NCBI RefSeq assembly: GCF_041248615.1
Contig: NZ_CP158426.1
Strand: one strand, 5' to 3'
Origin: Escherichia coli
GTDB taxonomy: Bacteria; Pseudomonadota; Gammaproteobacteria; Enterobacterales; Enterobacteriaceae
DNA length: 64,000 bases
In this document: positions 24,137-36,865 of the stretch, piece after piece
How positions within the stretch are numbered: the stretch's first letter is position 1
Layout of the letters: each line of letters starts with the position of its first letter
The notes under the pieces: generated by a model
Seen by the model: the letters and a program-made list of their open reading frames with translations, nothing else
Told to the model about the DNA's origin: nothing
The model's database searches: none
Made by a program: the position numbers and the translations under genes

Positions 24137-25171
24137 ATGATGAACAGCACCAATAAACTTAGTGTTATTATCCCGTTATATAATGCGGGCGATGATTTCC
24201 GCACTTGTATGGAATCTTTAATTACGCAAACCTGGACTGCTCTAGAAATCATTATTATTAACGATGGTTCAACGGATAATTCTGTTGAAATAGCAAAGCA
24301 TTACGCAGAAAACTATCCGCACGTTCGTTTGTTGCATCAGGCGAATGCTGGCGCATCGGTGGCGCGTAATCGTGGGATCGAGGTGGCGACGGGCAAATAT
24401 GTCGCTTTTGTCGATGCTGACGATGAGGTCTATCCCACCATATACGAAACGCTGATGACCATGGCGTTAGAGGACGACCTCGACGTGGCGCAGTGCAACG
24501 CTGACTGGTGTTTTCGTGAAACGGGAGAAACCTGGCAATCCATCCCCACCGATCGCCTTCGCTCAACCGGCGTATTAACCGGCCCGGATTGGTTGCGGAT
24601 GGGGCTTTCTTCCCGCCGTTGGACTCACGTTGTCTGGATGGGGGTTTATCGCCGCGATGTTATTGTTAAAAATAACATTAAATTTATTGCCGGATTACAT
24701 CATCAGGATATTGTCTGGACAACAGAATTTATGTTTAATGCGCTGCGTGCGCGATATACCGAGCAATCGTTATATAAATATTATCTGCATAATACGTCAG
24801 TGAGTCGGTTGAATAGACAAGGGAATAAAAACCTTAATTATCAACGTCACTATATTAAAATTACCCGCCTGCTAGAGAAATTAAATCGAAATTATGCCGA
24901 CAAAATTACGATTTATCCGGAATTTCATCAGCAAATAACTTACGAAGCATTGCGTGTTTGCCATGCGGTGCGCAAAGAGCCGGATATTATTACCCGCCAA
25001 CGGATGATTGCCGAGATATTTACTTCTGGTATGTATAAGCGCCTGATTACCAATGTGCGCAGCGTGAAGGTGGGTTATCAGGCGTTACTGTGGTCTTTCC
25101 GCTTATGGCAATGGCGCGACAAAACGCGGTCGCACCATCGCATTACGCGTAGCGCCTTTAATTTACGCTAG
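24137..25171 (+). CDS. waaH: GT2-family LPS glucuronic acid transferase WaaH (YibD)
   Basis: 344 aa; GT2 motifs (VIIPLYNAGDDF, DADDE). Confidence 0.9.
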   Translation: MMNSTNKLSVIIPLYNAGDDFRTCMESLITQTWTALEIIIINDGSTDNSVEIAKHYAENYPHVRLLHQANAGASVARNRGIEVATGKYVAFVDADDEVYPTIYETLMTMALEDDLDVAQCNADWCFRETGETWQSIPTDRLRSTGVLTGPDWLRMGLSSRRWTHVVWMGVYRRDVIVKNNIKFIAGLHHQDIVWTTEFMFNALRARYTEQSLYKYYLHNTSVSRLNRQGNKNLNYQRHYIKITRLLEKLNRNYADKITIYPEFHQQITYEALRVCHAVRKEPDIITRQRMIAEIFTSGMYKRLITNVRSVKVGYQALLWSFRLWQWRDKTRSHHRITRSAFNLR

Positions 25172-26117
25172 CGTTAAGCTTCGCCGCTTCAGGCTGTTTG
25201 CCCCAGCCTTGCCACTGATGCTGGAAGTAAACGATCAGCGTGCTCTGGCTGATGCTTTCGCTTAATACTTCAAAGAAGCGATTAGCATAAACAGGTTCTA
25301 TCGGTTTCTTCGGTTTGCACAGCTTCACGCCACGGAACGGATTACGCGGTGTGTCAGGCACAGTGTTTTTCGGCGGTGTAGACGTATCAACCTGCGGTTC
25401 ATTCAGCAAGCTGCTGGCTTTCACCAGCGTAATGTCTGGCGGCAGGTTATAAACCATCTGTTGTAGCACGCGTACCGTTGAAGGGTGAGGATGCCCAATG
25501 GCAATGGTTGAACCGTTGCGACGCGCCAGATCAATTGCGCGATTGAACTGCACACGGATGTCCGCTTCATTTTGCGAATCGTCGAGGAACACTTTCCGTT
25601 TGATCACCTTCACGCCAGTGCCTTGCGCTGCGCGCATCGCCTGGGTATTACCGATGGTTACGCTGTCGAGGAAGTAAAGATTGTAACGCTCCAGCGCCTG
25701 CATCACTTTCTGCATACCAAACAGGTTAGAGGTCATCTTGCTGCCCATGTGGTTGTTGATCCCCACGGCATAGGGCACGTTATTGACCGCACTACGAATA
25801 ATGCGCTCAATTTCGTCGCTGCTCATCTCCGGGCGTAGCGTATTTTTCTCCAGCGGCTGTTTACTCAGTGGTGCCATCGGTAGATGAATCAACACTTCGT
25901 GACCGCTGTTATGCGCTTTGGTCGCCATCTCTCTGGCGTGCGGTGAATCGGGTAATACAGCGACGGAGATAGCGGAAGGCATCGCCAGCACCTGGTTTTC
26001 GTTGTGCGGGCGATACCCAAAATCATCAATGACGATGGCAAGTTTGCCAGCAATTACGGGGGAGGAGAGCGCCAACAGAGCGGCAAATGCAAGAACGTTA
26101 CGACGAAATGGAAACAA
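25158..26117 (-). CDS. yibQ: Divergent polysaccharide deacetylase-family protein YibQ
   Basis: 319 aa with N-terminal signal sequence; 3' end overlaps waaH 3' end by 14 bp. Confidence 0.9.
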   Translation of the reverse strand: MFPFRRNVLAFAALLALSSPVIAGKLAIVIDDFGYRPHNENQVLAMPSAISVAVLPDSPHAREMATKAHNSGHEVLIHLPMAPLSKQPLEKNTLRPEMSSDEIERIIRSAVNNVPYAVGINNHMGSKMTSNLFGMQKVMQALERYNLYFLDSVTIGNTQAMRAAQGTGVKVIKRKVFLDDSQNEADIRVQFNRAIDLARRNGSTIAIGHPHPSTVRVLQQMVYNLPPDITLVKASSLLNEPQVDTSTPPKNTVPDTPRNPFRGVKLCKPKKPIEPVYANRFFEVLSESISQSTLIVYFQHQWQGWGKQPEAAKLNASVN

Positions 26118-26120
26118 AAC

Positions 26121-27380
26121 TTATCTTCCCAACCACGGCTGTGGATTGACGGCCTGACCCTGGCGACGAATTTCGAAATAGAGTGAAGGCCGACCCTGAC
26201 CGCCACTGCTGCCCACCAGTGCAATCGGCTGGCCCGCGCGAACCTGCGAACCAACGCTCACCAGTGCGCTCTGATTATAGCCGTAAAGACTCATGTCGCC
26301 TTTACCATGCTCAACCACCACCACCAGACCGTAGCCTTGCAGCCAGTCAGCCAGAATCACCCGACCGTCGGCAATTGCTTTAACTTCAGTACCTTCAGAG
26401 GCACCGATAACCATTCCTTTCCAGCGTAATTCGCCCTGTAGCTGCTCGCCATAGCGATGCAGCGTCGGCCCGCGAACTGGCCAGAATGCCTGACCACGCG
26501 GCGCACCCAGGCCACCAGTTCGGGACATCAGCGATTTTTCGCTTTCGGTCGGTTTGTAGGTGGTGCCTTTGCGCGTCGCTTCTTTCTGGCGGTCGCGAAC
26601 CGCCTGGGCCTCACGCGCTTCTCGTTCAGCACGCGCTTTCGCCGCGGCTTCCGCACGGGCAATGCTGTTACGCAGACGGGATTCGTTGGCGCGCAGCTCG
26701 CTCAACTGTTGCTGACCTTGCTGGATGGAAGACTCCAGCCCTGCCAGCGTCTTTTTACGCTCGTTCAGCGCCTGGGTCAGCTTCGCCTGTTGGGCGCGCT
26801 GCTCATACAACAGCGTTTGTTGCTCGCTCTGTTTCTCTTCCAGCTCGGCGCGTTGCATAGCGACTTCTTCACGCGTTTGTTTCAACTGAGCAATGGTTTC
26901 TTGTCGCGCCTGGTTGAGATAGCCGAAATAAGCCTGTAAACGCTGTCCACGCTGGCTTTCTTCACCGCTGAGAATCAGCTGAATACCGGTATGCTCGCCC
27001 TGACGGAATGCGGCATCCAGTTGTGCGGCGAGGCTGCGCTCCTGGGCGGCTTTTTGCTGCTCCAGTTTGGCAATCGACGCGTTCATCTCATCAATCTGTT
27101 TATTCAGTTGATTGAGCGTGTTTTGCGTTTCGCGCAGCTTACGGGTGGCTTCCGAGATCGCTTCTTCCTGCTTTTTCAACTGAGCAAGCAGGCTGGAGCG
27201 TTGTTGTTGCTTTTGGCGTACCGCGCGCTCTTTCGCGGCGATATCTGCCTGAATAGATTTGAGTTGGTCACGCTCATCCGCGTGGGCGGAAAAGGCGCAC
27301 AACAATACGCCAGCGCTAAGAACGCTGGCGTAGATGATGGGCCTGATTGCAAACCTGCGCGGTTTCACGGCCCGTGTCAT
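26121..27380 (-). CDS. envC: Murein hydrolase activator EnvC (LytM-domain, coiled coil)
   Basis: 419 aa from MTRAVKPRRFAIRPIIYA; long coiled coil then M23/LytM domain; extension trimmed. Confidence 0.9.
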   Translation of the reverse strand: MTRAVKPRRFAIRPIIYASVLSAGVLLCAFSAHADERDQLKSIQADIAAKERAVRQKQQQRSSLLAQLKKQEEAISEATRKLRETQNTLNQLNKQIDEMNASIAKLEQQKAAQERSLAAQLDAAFRQGEHTGIQLILSGEESQRGQRLQAYFGYLNQARQETIAQLKQTREEVAMQRAELEEKQSEQQTLLYEQRAQQAKLTQALNERKKTLAGLESSIQQGQQQLSELRANESRLRNSIARAEAAAKARAEREAREAQAVRDRQKEATRKGTTYKPTESEKSLMSRTGGLGAPRGQAFWPVRGPTLHRYGEQLQGELRWKGMVIGASEGTEVKAIADGRVILADWLQGYGLVVVVEHGKGDMSLYGYNQSALVSVGSQVRAGQPIALVGSSGGQGRPSLYFEIRRQGQAVNPQPWLGR

Positions 27381-27413
27381 GGTATTAATCGCCTTTCCCC
27401 TCATGGGGAGGGA

Positions 27414-28958
27414 TTATTCCACGATGAACAGCGGCTTACCAGTCATCTCTTGCGGGATTTCCATACCCATCAGCGACAACATGGTCGGCGCGATGTCAGA
27501 AAGTTTGCCGCCTTCAACCGCTTTCACGTTCTTATCACCAACGTAAATCAGCGGAACTGGCAGGTTGGTGTGTGCCGTGTGTGCCTGACCCGTTGCCGGA
27601 TCGCGCATCTGTTCAGCGTTACCGTGGTCAGCGGTGATCAGCAGTTGTCCACCCACGGACTCAACCGCTTTCGCGACTTCTTCCACGCAGTGATCCAGCG
27701 CTTCAACCGCTTTAACCGCCGCTTCCATCACCCCGGTGTGACCTACCATGTCGCCGTTCGGATAGTTACAGATAATGGTGTCGTATTTGCCGCTCTTGAT
27801 TGCCGCAACCAGTTTTTCGGTCAGCTCTGCGGAGCTCATTTCCGGTTGCAGATCGTAGGTAGCCACTTTCGGAGAGTTGATCAGAATGCGATCTTCGCCT
27901 TTGAACGACTCTTCTACGCCACCGTTGAAGAAGAAAGTAACGTGGGCATATTTTTCGGTTTCGGAAATACGCAACTGAGTTTTGTCGTTTTTCGCCATCC
28001 ACTCGCCGAAGGTGTTAACCAGGGACGCTGGTGGGTAAGCAACCGCAGTTTTGATGTCAGCGGCGTATTCGGTCAGCATCACGAAATCGACGTTAACCAC
28101 TTTCTTGCGCGCGAAGCCATCGAAATCAGCGTTCACGAATGCACGAGTGATTTCACGCGCGCGGTCAGCACGGAAGTTCATGAAAATCAGCGCATCGCCG
28201 TCTTCCATTGCCGCGTCTGGCTGACCTTCTGCACGGATAACGGTCGCTTTCACGAATTCGTCGTTTTCGTCGCGAGCATAAGCAGCCTGCAAACCGGCAA
28301 CGGCGGTATCGGCCTGGAACTCACCCTGCGCCAGAGTCAGCAGGTCATAAGCTTTTTCAACGCGATCCCAACGGTTATCGCGGTCCATGGCGTAGTAACG
28401 ACCAATGATGGACGCTACGCGGCCTTTACCCAGCGCGGCAAATTTCTCTTCGAATTTTTTCAGCGAGGATTCAGCACTGCGCGGCGGAGTGTCGCGACCG
28501 TCAAGGAATGCGTGCAGGTAGATTTTTTCTGCGCCGCGTTCAGCGGCCAGTTCTACCATCGCCATGATGTGATCTTCGTGGCTGTGTACGCCGCCTGCGG
28601 ACAGCAGACCCATAATGTGAACTGCTTTGCCTGCGTTTTTCGCTTTATCTACCGCGCCAGTCAGTACCGGGTTAGCGAAGAAAGCGCGATCTTTGATTTC
28701 AACGTCCAGACGAGTCAGGTCCTGATACACGATGCGGCCGGCACCCAGGTTAACGTGGCCTACTTCGGAGTTACCCATCTGACGGTCAGGCAGACCGACT
28801 TCCAGACCGGAAGCGTCGATCAGGGTATGCGGACGATTGGCCCACAGTGCATCCATTACCGGGGTTTTAGCACTAAAAATGGCGTTATCCTGCTGTTCTT
28901 CACGATAGCCATAGCCATCCAGAATCACCAGTACCATAGGTTTTTTAGAAACCGACAT
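27414..28958 (-). CDS. gpmM: 2,3-bisphosphoglycerate-independent phosphoglycerate mutase
   Basis: 514 aa from [22 protein letters not shown] (cat at 28956-28958) confirmed in sequence. Confidence 0.95.
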   Translation of the reverse strand: MSVSKKPMVLVILDGYGYREEQQDNAIFSAKTPVMDALWANRPHTLIDASGLEVGLPDRQMGNSEVGHVNLGAGRIVYQDLTRLDVEIKDRAFFANPVLTGAVDKAKNAGKAVHIMGLLSAGGVHSHEDHIMAMVELAAERGAEKIYLHAFLDGRDTPPRSAESSLKKFEEKFAALGKGRVASIIGRYYAMDRDNRWDRVEKAYDLLTLAQGEFQADTAVAGLQAAYARDENDEFVKATVIRAEGQPDAAMEDGDALIFMNFRADRAREITRAFVNADFDGFARKKVVNVDFVMLTEYAADIKTAVAYPPASLVNTFGEWMAKNDKTQLRISETEKYAHVTFFFNGGVEESFKGEDRILINSPKVATYDLQPEMSSAELTEKLVAAIKSGKYDTIICNYPNGDMVGHTGVMEAAVKAVEALDHCVEEVAKAVESVGGQLLITADHGNAEQMRDPATGQAHTAHTNLPVPLIYVGDKNVKAVEGGKLSDIAPTMLSLMGMEIPQEMTGKPLFIVE

Positions 28959-29202
28959 TGCGACAACCTCATACTCAAGAGTCAAAATTTGCGTAATTTT
29001 ACTACAGCTGAATCGATAAAATAGCCTCTGAAGATCAAAATATACGACCGCTCGCAGCAAGCCGATGCCAGATTTGCGCTTTTTTTTCGTCGCGCCCCGC
29101 AAAATTGCATTCCAGTTAACGCGCTGGCTGTATTTGCCGCACCGCGCAGGTATACTCCTTTCCTGGTTTTTTTAATCACTACGTCGGGAGTTGTTACCCC
29201 CC

Positions 29203-29634
29203 ATGCAAGAAATTATGCAATTTGTTGGCCGTCATCCCATACTGAGTATCGCCTGGATCGCGTTACTGGTGGCGGTTCTTGTGACTACGTTTAAGAGCCT
29301 GACCTCGAAAGTGAAGGTGATTACTCGTGGTGAAGCTACGCGTCTGATCAACAAAGAAGATGCTGTGGTTGTGGATTTACGTCAGCGTGATGACTTCCGT
29401 AAAGGCCATATCGCAGGTTCTATCAACCTGTTGCCAAGCGAAATCAAAGCCAACAATGTTGGTGAGCTTGAGAAGCACAAAGACAAACCGGTTATCGTGG
29501 TAGACGGTTCTGGCATGCAGTGCCAGGAGCCTGCAAACGCGCTGACGAAAGCTGGTTTTGCGCAAGTATTCGTGCTGAAAGAGGGCGTTGCTGGCTGGGC
29601 TGGCGAAAACTTACCTCTGGTGCGCGGCAAATAA
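29203..29634 (+). CDS. yibN: Rhodanese-domain inner membrane protein YibN
   Basis: 143 aa from [14 protein letters not shown]; start trimmed from 29191. Confidence 0.9.
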
Positions 29635-29776
29635 TTTACCTGTCGTCTTTCATGATGCAGGCCGTTAGCTGCAATTAGGCCCCCAGCGACTTATTGTTAT
29701 AAGCTTCTGGGGACACTCCATTTTGCAGCCGCCCTGTAACAAGAAATTTTCAGGGTAAAAAAACAGGAGCTAAGTT

Positions 29777-30028
29777 ATGGCCAATGTTGAAATCTATACC
29801 AAAGAAACCTGCCCGTATTGCCATCGTGCGAAAGCACTGCTGAGCAGCAAGGGCGTGAGTTTTCAGGAGTTGCCGATCGATGGCAACGCCGCTAAGCGTG
29901 AAGAGATGATCAAACGCAGCGGTCGCACCACGGTTCCCCAGATTTTTATTGACGCACAGCACATTGGCGGCTGTGATGACTTGTATGCATTGGATGCACG
30001 TGGTGGACTGGATCCCCTGCTGAAATAA
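29777..30028 (+). CDS. grxC: Glutaredoxin 3
   Basis: 83 aa with CPYC active site. Confidence 0.95.
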
Positions 30029-30090
30029 CGTGTGAACGTTGGCATTACATTGCGCAGTATTTAAGGACAACACTTAAGGGTTTTCTACAC

Positions 30091-30558
30091 ATGTCAGAAC
30101 AAAACAACACCGAAATGACTTTCCAGATCCAACGTATTTATACCAAGGATATTTCTTTCGAAGCGCCGAACGCGCCGCACGTTTTCCAGAAAGATTGGCA
30201 GCCAGAAGTTAAACTTGATCTGGATACGGCATCTTCTCAACTGGCAGATGACGTTTACGAAGTGGTACTGCGTGTTACCGTAACGGCCTCCCTGGGCGAA
30301 GAAACCGCGTTCCTGTGTGAAGTTCAGCAGGGCGGTATTTTCTCCATCGCGGGTATCGAAGGCACCCAGATGGCACATTGCCTGGGTGCATACTGCCCGA
30401 ACATTCTGTTCCCGTATGCTCGTGAGTGCATCACCAGCATGGTATCCCGCGGTACATTCCCGCAACTGAACCTTGCGCCGGTTAACTTCGATGCGCTGTT
30501 CATGAACTATTTGCAGCAGCAGGCTGGCGAAGGTACTGAAGAACATCAGGATGCCTGA
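30091..30558 (+). CDS. secB: Protein-export chaperone SecB
   Basis: 155-aa protein [29 protein letters not shown]. Confidence 0.95.
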
Positions 30559-31577
30559 TGAACCAACGTAATGCTTCAATGACTGTGATCGGTGCCGGCT
30601 CGTACGGCACCGCTCTTGCCATCACCCTGGCAAGAAATGGCCACGAGGTTGTCCTCTGGGGCCATGACCCTGAACATATCGCAACGCTTGAACGCGACCG
30701 CTGTAACGCCGCGTTTCTCCCCGATGTGCCTTTTCCCGATACGCTCCATCTTGAAAGCGATCTCGCCACTGCGCTGGCAGCCAGCCGTAATATTCTCGTC
30801 GTCGTACCCAGCCATGTCTTTGGTGAAGTGCTGCGTCAGATTAAACCGCTGATGCGTCCTGATGCGCGTCTGGTGTGGGCGACCAAAGGGCTGGAAGCGG
30901 AAACCGGGCGTCTGTTGCAGGACGTGGCGCGTGAGGCGTTAGGCGATCAAATTCCGCTGGCGGTTATCTCTGGCCCAACGTTTGCGAAAGAACTGGCGGC
31001 AGGTCTACCAACGGCTATTTCGCTGGCCTCTACCGACCAGACCTTTGCCGATGATCTCCAGCAGTTGCTGCACTGCGGCAAAAGTTTCCGCGTTTACAGC
31101 AACCCGGATTTCATTGGCGTGCAGCTTGGCGGCGCGGTGAAAAACGTCATTGCCATTGGCGCGGGGATGTCCGACGGTATCGGTTTTGGTGCGAATGCGC
31201 GTACGGCGCTGATCACTCGTGGGCTGGCTGAAATGTCGCGTCTTGGCGCGGCGCTGGGGGCCGATCCTGCCACCTTTATGGGCATGGCGGGGCTGGGCGA
31301 TTTGGTGCTTACCTGTACCGACAACCAGTCGCGTAACCGCCGTTTTGGCATGATGCTCGGTCAGGGCATGGATGTACAAAGCGCGCAGGAGAAGATTGGT
31401 CAGGTGGTGGAAGGCTACCGCAATACGAAAGAAGTCCGCGAACTGGCGCATCGCTTCGGCGTTGAAATGCCAATAACCGAGGAAATTTATCAAGTATTAT
31501 ATTGCGGAAAAAACGCGCGCGAGGCAGCATTGACGTTATTAGGTCGTGCACGCAAGGACGAGCGCAGTAGCCACTAA
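30558..31577 (+). CDS. gpsA: NAD(P)H-dependent glycerol-3-phosphate dehydrogenase
   Basis: 339-aa protein with [11 protein letters not shown]ossmann motif; start overlaps secB stop. Confidence 0.95.
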   Translation: MNQRNASMTVIGAGSYGTALAITLARNGHEVVLWGHDPEHIATLERDRCNAAFLPDVPFPDTLHLESDLATALAASRNILVVVPSHVFGEVLRQIKPLMRPDARLVWATKGLEAETGRLLQDVAREALGDQIPLAVISGPTFAKELAAGLPTAISLASTDQTFADDLQQLLHCGKSFRVYSNPDFIGVQLGGAVKNVIAIGAGMSDGIGFGANARTALITRGLAEMSRLGAALGADPATFMGMAGLGDLVLTCTDNQSRNRRFGMMLGQGMDVQSAQEKIGQVVEGYRNTKEVRELAHRFGVEMPITEEIYQVLYCGKNAREAALTLLGRARKDERSSH

Positions 31578-31656
31578 AACCAGGGAACCTTTGTTACCGC
31601 TATGACCCGGCCCGCGCAGAACGGGCCGGTCATTATCTCATCGTGTGGAGTAAGCA

Positions 31657-32478
31657 ATGTCGTGTGAAGAACTGGAAATTGTCTGGAACAATATTAAAGC
31701 CGAAGCCAGAACGCTGGCGGATTGTGAGCCAATGCTGGCCAGTTTTTACCACGCGACGCTACTCAAGCACGAAAACCTGGGCAGTGCACTGAGCTACATG
31801 CTGGCGAACAAGCTGTCATCGCCAATTATGCCTGCCATTGCTATCCGCGAAGTGGTGGAAGAGGCCTACGCCGCCGACCCGGAAATGATCGCTTCTGCGG
31901 CCTGTGATATTCAGGCTGTGCGTACCCGCGATCCGGCGGTGGATAAATACTCAACCCCGTTGTTATACCTGAAAGGTTTTCATGCCTTGCAGGCCTATCG
32001 TATCGGTCACTGGCTGTGGAATCAGGGCCGCCGCGCACTGGCAATATTTCTGCAAAACCAGGTTTCTGTAACGTTCCAGGTTGATATTCACCCGGCAGCA
32101 AAAATTGGCCGCGGTATCATGCTTGACCACGCCACGGGCATCGTTGTGGGTGAAACGGCGGTGATTGAAAACGACGTATCGATTCTGCAATCTGTGACGC
32201 TTGGCGGTACGGGTAAATCTGGTGGCGACCGTCATCCGAAAATTCGTGAAGGTGTGATGATTGGCGCGGGCGCGAAAATTCTCGGCAATATTGAAGTTGG
32301 GCGCGGCGCGAAGATTGGCGCAGGTTCCGTGGTGCTGCAACCGGTGCCGCCGCATACCACCGCCGCTGGCGTTCCGGCACGCATTGTCGGCAAGCCGGAT
32401 AGCGATAAACCGTCAATGGATATGGATCAGCATTTCAACGGTATTAACCATACGTTTGAATATGGGGATGGGATCTGA
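31657..32478 (+). CDS. cysE: Serine O-acetyltransferase
   Basis: 273 aa; hexapeptide-repeat C-terminus. Confidence 0.95.
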   Translation: MSCEELEIVWNNIKAEARTLADCEPMLASFYHATLLKHENLGSALSYMLANKLSSPIMPAIAIREVVEEAYAADPEMIASAACDIQAVRTRDPAVDKYSTPLLYLKGFHALQAYRIGHWLWNQGRRALAIFLQNQVSVTFQVDIHPAAKIGRGIMLDHATGIVVGETAVIENDVSILQSVTLGGTGKSGGDRHPKIREGVMIGAGAKILGNIEVGRGAKIGAGSVVLQPVPPHTTAAGVPARIVGKPDSDKPSMDMDQHFNGINHTFEYGDGI

Positions 32479-32491
32479 CGTCCTGTGATTG

Positions 32492-32522
32492 TGCCGGATG
32501 CGATGTAATCATCTATCCGGCA
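32492..32522. repeat. REP-like hairpin tgccggat...atccggca between convergent cysE and trmL
   Basis: Inverted repeat in the 52-bp intergenic gap. Confidence 0.5.
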
Positions 32523-32530
32523 TACAGTAA

Positions 32531-33004
32531 CTAATCTCTCAACACCGCTCCCGGATATCCCAGCTGCCGCCAGGCTTCATACACCACGACCGACACCGCA
32601 TTGGACAGGTTCATGCTGCGGCTGTCCGGCACCATTGGAATGCGAATTTTTTGTTCAGCGGGCAGGGCATCAAGAATGCTTGCTGGCAGGCCGCGTGTTT
32701 CCGGGCCGAACATCAGATAATCGCCATCCTGATAGCTTACGGCGCTGTGAGCAGGCGTACCTTTCGTGGTGAGGGCAAACAGGCGCTGGGGATTTTCTGC
32801 TTCGAGGAACGCGCGATAGTCATGATGACGCGTAACGGCGGTAAACTCGTGATAGTCCAGCCCCGCGCGGCGCAGGCGCTTATCGTCCCAGGCAAATCCC
32901 ATTGGTTCGATGATATGCAGACGAAAGCCGGTATTAGCGCAAAGACGGATGATGTTGCCAGTATTTGGCGGAATTTCTGGTTCGTAAAGTACGATGTTTA
33001 GCAT
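32531..33004 (-). CDS. trmL: tRNA (cytidine/uridine-2'-O)-methyltransferase TrmL (SPOUT)
   Basis: 157-aa protein [26 protein letters not shown]. Confidence 0.95.
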   Translation of the reverse strand: MLNIVLYEPEIPPNTGNIIRLCANTGFRLHIIEPMGFAWDDKRLRRAGLDYHEFTAVTRHHDYRAFLEAENPQRLFALTTKGTPAHSAVSYQDGDYLMFGPETRGLPASILDALPAEQKIRIPMVPDSRSMNLSNAVSVVVYEAWRQLGYPGAVLRD

Positions 33005-33051
33005 ACTGCCCCCTTAGTGCGGGGGCAGGATAGCAGATATTCGTCTAACCC

Positions 33052-34242
33052 TTAAGCTGCATTCCCTTTCGCTATCGGAGCCAGTGCCGCAGGCAACTCT
33101 TTACCCAGCCCTTGCACCAGCGAATCTTGCGTAATTTCGCTAATCGACTTCGCGCCAGTCAGCGTCATTGCCACTTTCATCTCTTTTTCGATCAGATTCA
33201 GCAGGTTAGCTACACCCGCCTGGCCCGCTGTTGCCAGCGCATACAGGAAAGCACGACCCAGCAGTACGGTGTCGGCACCGAGCGCAATCATACGCACGAC
33301 ATCAAGCCCGTTACGAATCCCGCTATCTGCCAGAATGGCAATATCACCTTTCACCGCATCCGCAATAGCGGGCAATGCACGAGCGGAAGAGAGTACACCG
33401 TCCAGCTGGCGGCCACCGTGGTTAGAAACCACAATCCCATCAGCACCAAAACGTACTGCATCGCGCGCATCTTCCGGATCGAGGATCCCTTTGATCACCA
33501 TCGGGCCATCCCAGAAATCGCGGATCCACTCAAGGTCTTTCCATGAGATGGATGGATCGAAGTTATTCCCCAACCAGCCGATGTAATCTTCCAGTCCGGT
33601 CGGTTTGCCGAGGTAAGCCGAGATATTACCTAAATCATGTGGACGACCGTTCAGGCCCACATCCCACGCCCATTGCGGATGCGTCACCGCCTGCAAGTAA
33701 CGGCGCATTGCCGCATTTGGGCCGCTCATACCCGAGTGTGCATCACGGTAACGCGCGCCCGGTGTCGGCATATCCACGGTGAAAACCAGCGTCGAGCAGC
33801 CTGCCGCTTTTGCTCGCTCCAGCGCGTTACGCATAAAGCCGCGATCGCGCAGCACATAAAGCTGGAACCACATCGGACGTTTAATGGCTGGAGCGACTTC
33901 TTCAATCGGGCAAACGGAAACCGTCGAGAGAGTAAACGGAATGCCATGCGCATCCGCCGCTTTGGCAGCCTGAACTTCGCCACGACGCGCATACATGCCA
34001 CACAAACCCACCGGAGCCAGCGCCACCGGCATCGACAATTTCTCATTAAACAGCGTCGTTTCCAGGCTTAAGTCAGACATGTTTTTCAGAATACGCTGGC
34101 GCAGCGCCACTTCTGACAAATCTTCCACGTTGCGGCGCAGCGTGTATTCAGAATATGCACCCCCATCCATATAGTGGAACAGGAACGGCGGCAGAATGCG
34201 TTGTGCTGCGGCGCGATAATCGCTGGCTGCGGAAATAATCAT
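33052..34242 (-). CDS. lldD: L-lactate dehydrogenase (FMN-dependent)
   Basis: 396-aa protein. Confidence 0.95.
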   Translation of the reverse strand: MIISAASDYRAAAQRILPPFLFHYMDGGAYSEYTLRRNVEDLSEVALRQRILKNMSDLSLETTLFNEKLSMPVALAPVGLCGMYARRGEVQAAKAADAHGIPFTLSTVSVCPIEEVAPAIKRPMWFQLYVLRDRGFMRNALERAKAAGCSTLVFTVDMPTPGARYRDAHSGMSGPNAAMRRYLQAVTHPQWAWDVGLNGRPHDLGNISAYLGKPTGLEDYIGWLGNNFDPSISWKDLEWIRDFWDGPMVIKGILDPEDARDAVRFGADGIVVSNHGGRQLDGVLSSARALPAIADAVKGDIAILADSGIRNGLDVVRMIALGADTVLLGRAFLYALATAGQAGVANLLNLIEKEMKVAMTLTGAKSISEITQDSLVQGLGKELPAALAPIAKGNAA

Positions 34243-35015
34243 GCGTTTTTCTCCCTCGAATGCTCATTATGGTCACCAGGCAGGCGGGTAATGCGTGCAT
34301 GGCGAGCTTGATCTTCATCGAATCGTTTCATGGTGGTGTGAACAAAGCTAAGGTGCGCCATCATTGCTTTACGCGCCCCGTCAGCATCACCGGCAAAAAT
34401 GGCGTCAATGACTGCCTGATGTTGTTCGGTCAGCTGTGAAAAAACCGGGGGTACCAGATACATTCGCTGGCGGCTATGCTTCACAGAGGATTGCAGGACA
34501 TCGAAGAAACCGCGCATGGTTTGCAGCAGCACGATGTTATGTGAGGCTTCGGCAATCGCCAGATGAAAACGAACGTCCGCTTGTGAGGCGAGATCCGGGT
34601 CTTCACTTAGCGTTGCTTCAAAGCAAAGCTGAATTTTCTCTTTTTCGCCTGGTGTGGCGCGCATTGCCGCATGCCACGCGGTGCTGGCTTCAATGGCGTA
34701 GCGGGCTTCCAGAATATCGAAACTGTAATCCGGATCATCGGCCATCAGCGTTTTCAGCGGCTGGACGATGTTTTGCTCCGACCATGTGTCATGACGCCAG
34801 CGAATAAACGTCCCGCCGCCGCGTCGACTAAGCAGCACGCCTTCGCTCACCAGTTTTGCCAGCGCCTCGCGCAGTGAATTACGTGATACGCCGAGTTGCA
34901 TCGCCAGTTGACGTTCAGCGGGCAACTTCATGCCCGCCTCCAGGTTTTTTTCATCAATCAGCGCCCGCACACGATCGGCAACCTCGTCTGACAGGCGTCT
35001 GGGTAAAACAATCAT
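34239..35015 (-). CDS. lldR: GntR/FadR-family regulator LldR
   Basis: 258 aa from [20 protein letters not shown]; overlaps lldD start. Confidence 0.9.
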   Translation of the reverse strand: MIVLPRRLSDEVADRVRALIDEKNLEAGMKLPAERQLAMQLGVSRNSLREALAKLVSEGVLLSRRGGGTFIRWRHDTWSEQNIVQPLKTLMADDPDYSFDILEARYAIEASTAWHAAMRATPGEKEKIQLCFEATLSEDPDLASQADVRFHLAIAEASHNIVLLQTMRGFFDVLQSSVKHSRQRMYLVPPVFSQLTEQHQAVIDAIFAGDADGARKAMMAHLSFVHTTMKRFDEDQARHARITRLPGDHNEHSREKNA

Positions 35016-36670
35016 TAAGGAATCATCCACGTTAAAACATAAGCCTGAAGCGTGGTGATCACGCCCACCATACAGGTGAAGATCAGGCTGTGTTTGACGG
35101 TAAAGCGGAACAGATCTGACTCTTTGCCTACCAGGCCTACCGCCGCACAGGCGATAGCGATAGATTGCGGAGAGATCATCTTACCGGTGACACCACCGGT
35201 GGTGTTGGCGGCAACCAACAACAGGTCAGAAACGCCAATTTGTTGTGCTGCAGTGGCTTGCAGGGCGGCGAACAGGGCGTTAGATGAGGTATCCGATCCG
35301 GTCAGGAAGACACCAAGCCAGCCGAGGAACGGCGAGAAGAAGGTGAATGCATGGCCGGTGTGCGCCAGTGCCAGCGCCAGCGTTGATGATAGTCCGGAAT
35401 AGTTCGAGATAAAGGCGAACGCCAGCACCATACCGATGGAGTAGATAGGCAGAGCCAGTTCTTTCAGCGTGCTGCCGAAGGTGCTGATAGCGTCAGATGG
35501 TTTCATCTTCAGCCAGACAATCGAGAGCAGGGCAGCAAAAAGAATGGCGGTACCGGTGGCAGAGAACCAGTCGAACTTAAACACGGCGGCATACGCTGTC
35601 GCTTCGCTGACCACTGGCGGCATACGGGCAACCAGTTTATCGAGGTACGGCACCGGAATATTGATCACCCATTCATACAGCGCACCACCCGAAGCGAACA
35701 GGGCTTTAAACGGTGGAATACTCCACAGCGTTACGGTGGCGGTCAGGAACAGGAACGGTGTCCAGGCGCGAAGCACCTGACCTGCGGTGTAACCGGTGTG
35801 AGCCAGCGTCATATCAACCTGTGACGCCCCCAAGTCACCGAAGCGGAATACGCGCACTGGTTGCCAGCGTTTGAGGAACAGCGTCAGGCAGAGCAGTGAT
35901 ACCAGCGAAGAGATAATGTCTGGCAGTTCCGGCCCAATGAAGTTAGAGCTGAGGTATTGAGCAATGGCAAACGAACCACCTGCAACCACGACCGCAGGCC
36001 ACGTCTCTTTGATACCGCGCCAACCGTCCATAATCGCCATGATCCAGAACAGCACGATAATGGTCATAAACGGCAGCTGACGCCCCACCATCTGACCAAT
36101 CTCAAAGCTGTCGATGCCTGTTACCTGCCCGGCGACCAGAATCGGAATACCCATCGCGCCAAATGCCACTGGCGCGGTGTTAACAATCAGGCACAGTCCG
36201 GCGGCGTACAGTGGTTTAAAGCCCAGACCGACCAGCAATGCGGCGGTAATTGCTACCGGTGCGCCAAAGCCTGCGGCTCCTTCAAGGAAAGCGCCGAAAC
36301 AGAAACCGACGATCAGCATTTGCAGGCGCTGGTCAGGGGTTATCGAAAGAATAGACGAGCGGATGATGTCAAACTGCCCGGTTTTCACCGAGATCTTATA
36401 GACGAACACCGCTGCAATAATGATCCACGCGATGGGCCACAAACCGTAGAAGAAGCCATAAATCACCGAGGCCAGCGCGTTAGCGACCGGCATTTTATAG
36501 AACAGCAAAGCCACGGCAAGGGCGATTGCCACCGTCCATGAGGCGGCGACATAACCTTTGAGTTTGAGCTTAATCAGCGCAAAGAAGAAAAACAGGATGG
36601 GAAGCGATGCTATCAGGCTGGAAAGCCAGATATTCCCGGCGGGATCGTAGTTTTGTTGCCAGAGATTCAT
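35015..36670 (-). CDS. lldP: L-lactate permease
   Basis: 551 aa from [21 protein letters not shown] (cat 36668-36670) confirmed; extension trimmed. Confidence 0.9.
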   Translation of the reverse strand: MNLWQQNYDPAGNIWLSSLIASLPILFFFFALIKLKLKGYVAASWTVAIALAVALLFYKMPVANALASVIYGFFYGLWPIAWIIIAAVFVYKISVKTGQFDIIRSSILSITPDQRLQMLIVGFCFGAFLEGAAGFGAPVAITAALLVGLGFKPLYAAGLCLIVNTAPVAFGAMGIPILVAGQVTGIDSFEIGQMVGRQLPFMTIIVLFWIMAIMDGWRGIKETWPAVVVAGGSFAIAQYLSSNFIGPELPDIISSLVSLLCLTLFLKRWQPVRVFRFGDLGASQVDMTLAHTGYTAGQVLRAWTPFLFLTATVTLWSIPPFKALFASGGALYEWVINIPVPYLDKLVARMPPVVSEATAYAAVFKFDWFSATGTAILFAALLSIVWLKMKPSDAISTFGSTLKELALPIYSIGMVLAFAFISNYSGLSSTLALALAHTGHAFTFFSPFLGWLGVFLTGSDTSSNALFAALQATAAQQIGVSDLLLVAANTTGGVTGKMISPQSIAIACAAVGLVGKESDLFRFTVKHSLIFTCMVGVITTLQAYVLTWMIP

Positions 36671-36865
36671 TGCAGGTCTCCTGGAGTCCACGCACATCGT
36701 GTAATGAGTCTGATGCTCATCTCCTTGTCACACGTTGTGTAAAAGTGGCACTGCCAATTGTGTTGTGTAGGGATAATGACAATGAATGGTTAACTAAATG
36801 TTATGCATTGGCAACATTGATGTGAGTTTTAATTGGGGAATTGTGAACCAGAGGTCAGATAAGCG

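Noticed and set aside
26991-29024. 677-aa plus-strand ORF
   Set aside because: Antisense across envC and gpmM, both well-supported minus-strand genes
28959-29102. N-terminal extension of gpmM
   Set aside because: Protein begins at [20 protein letters not shown] located in sequence at 28956-28958
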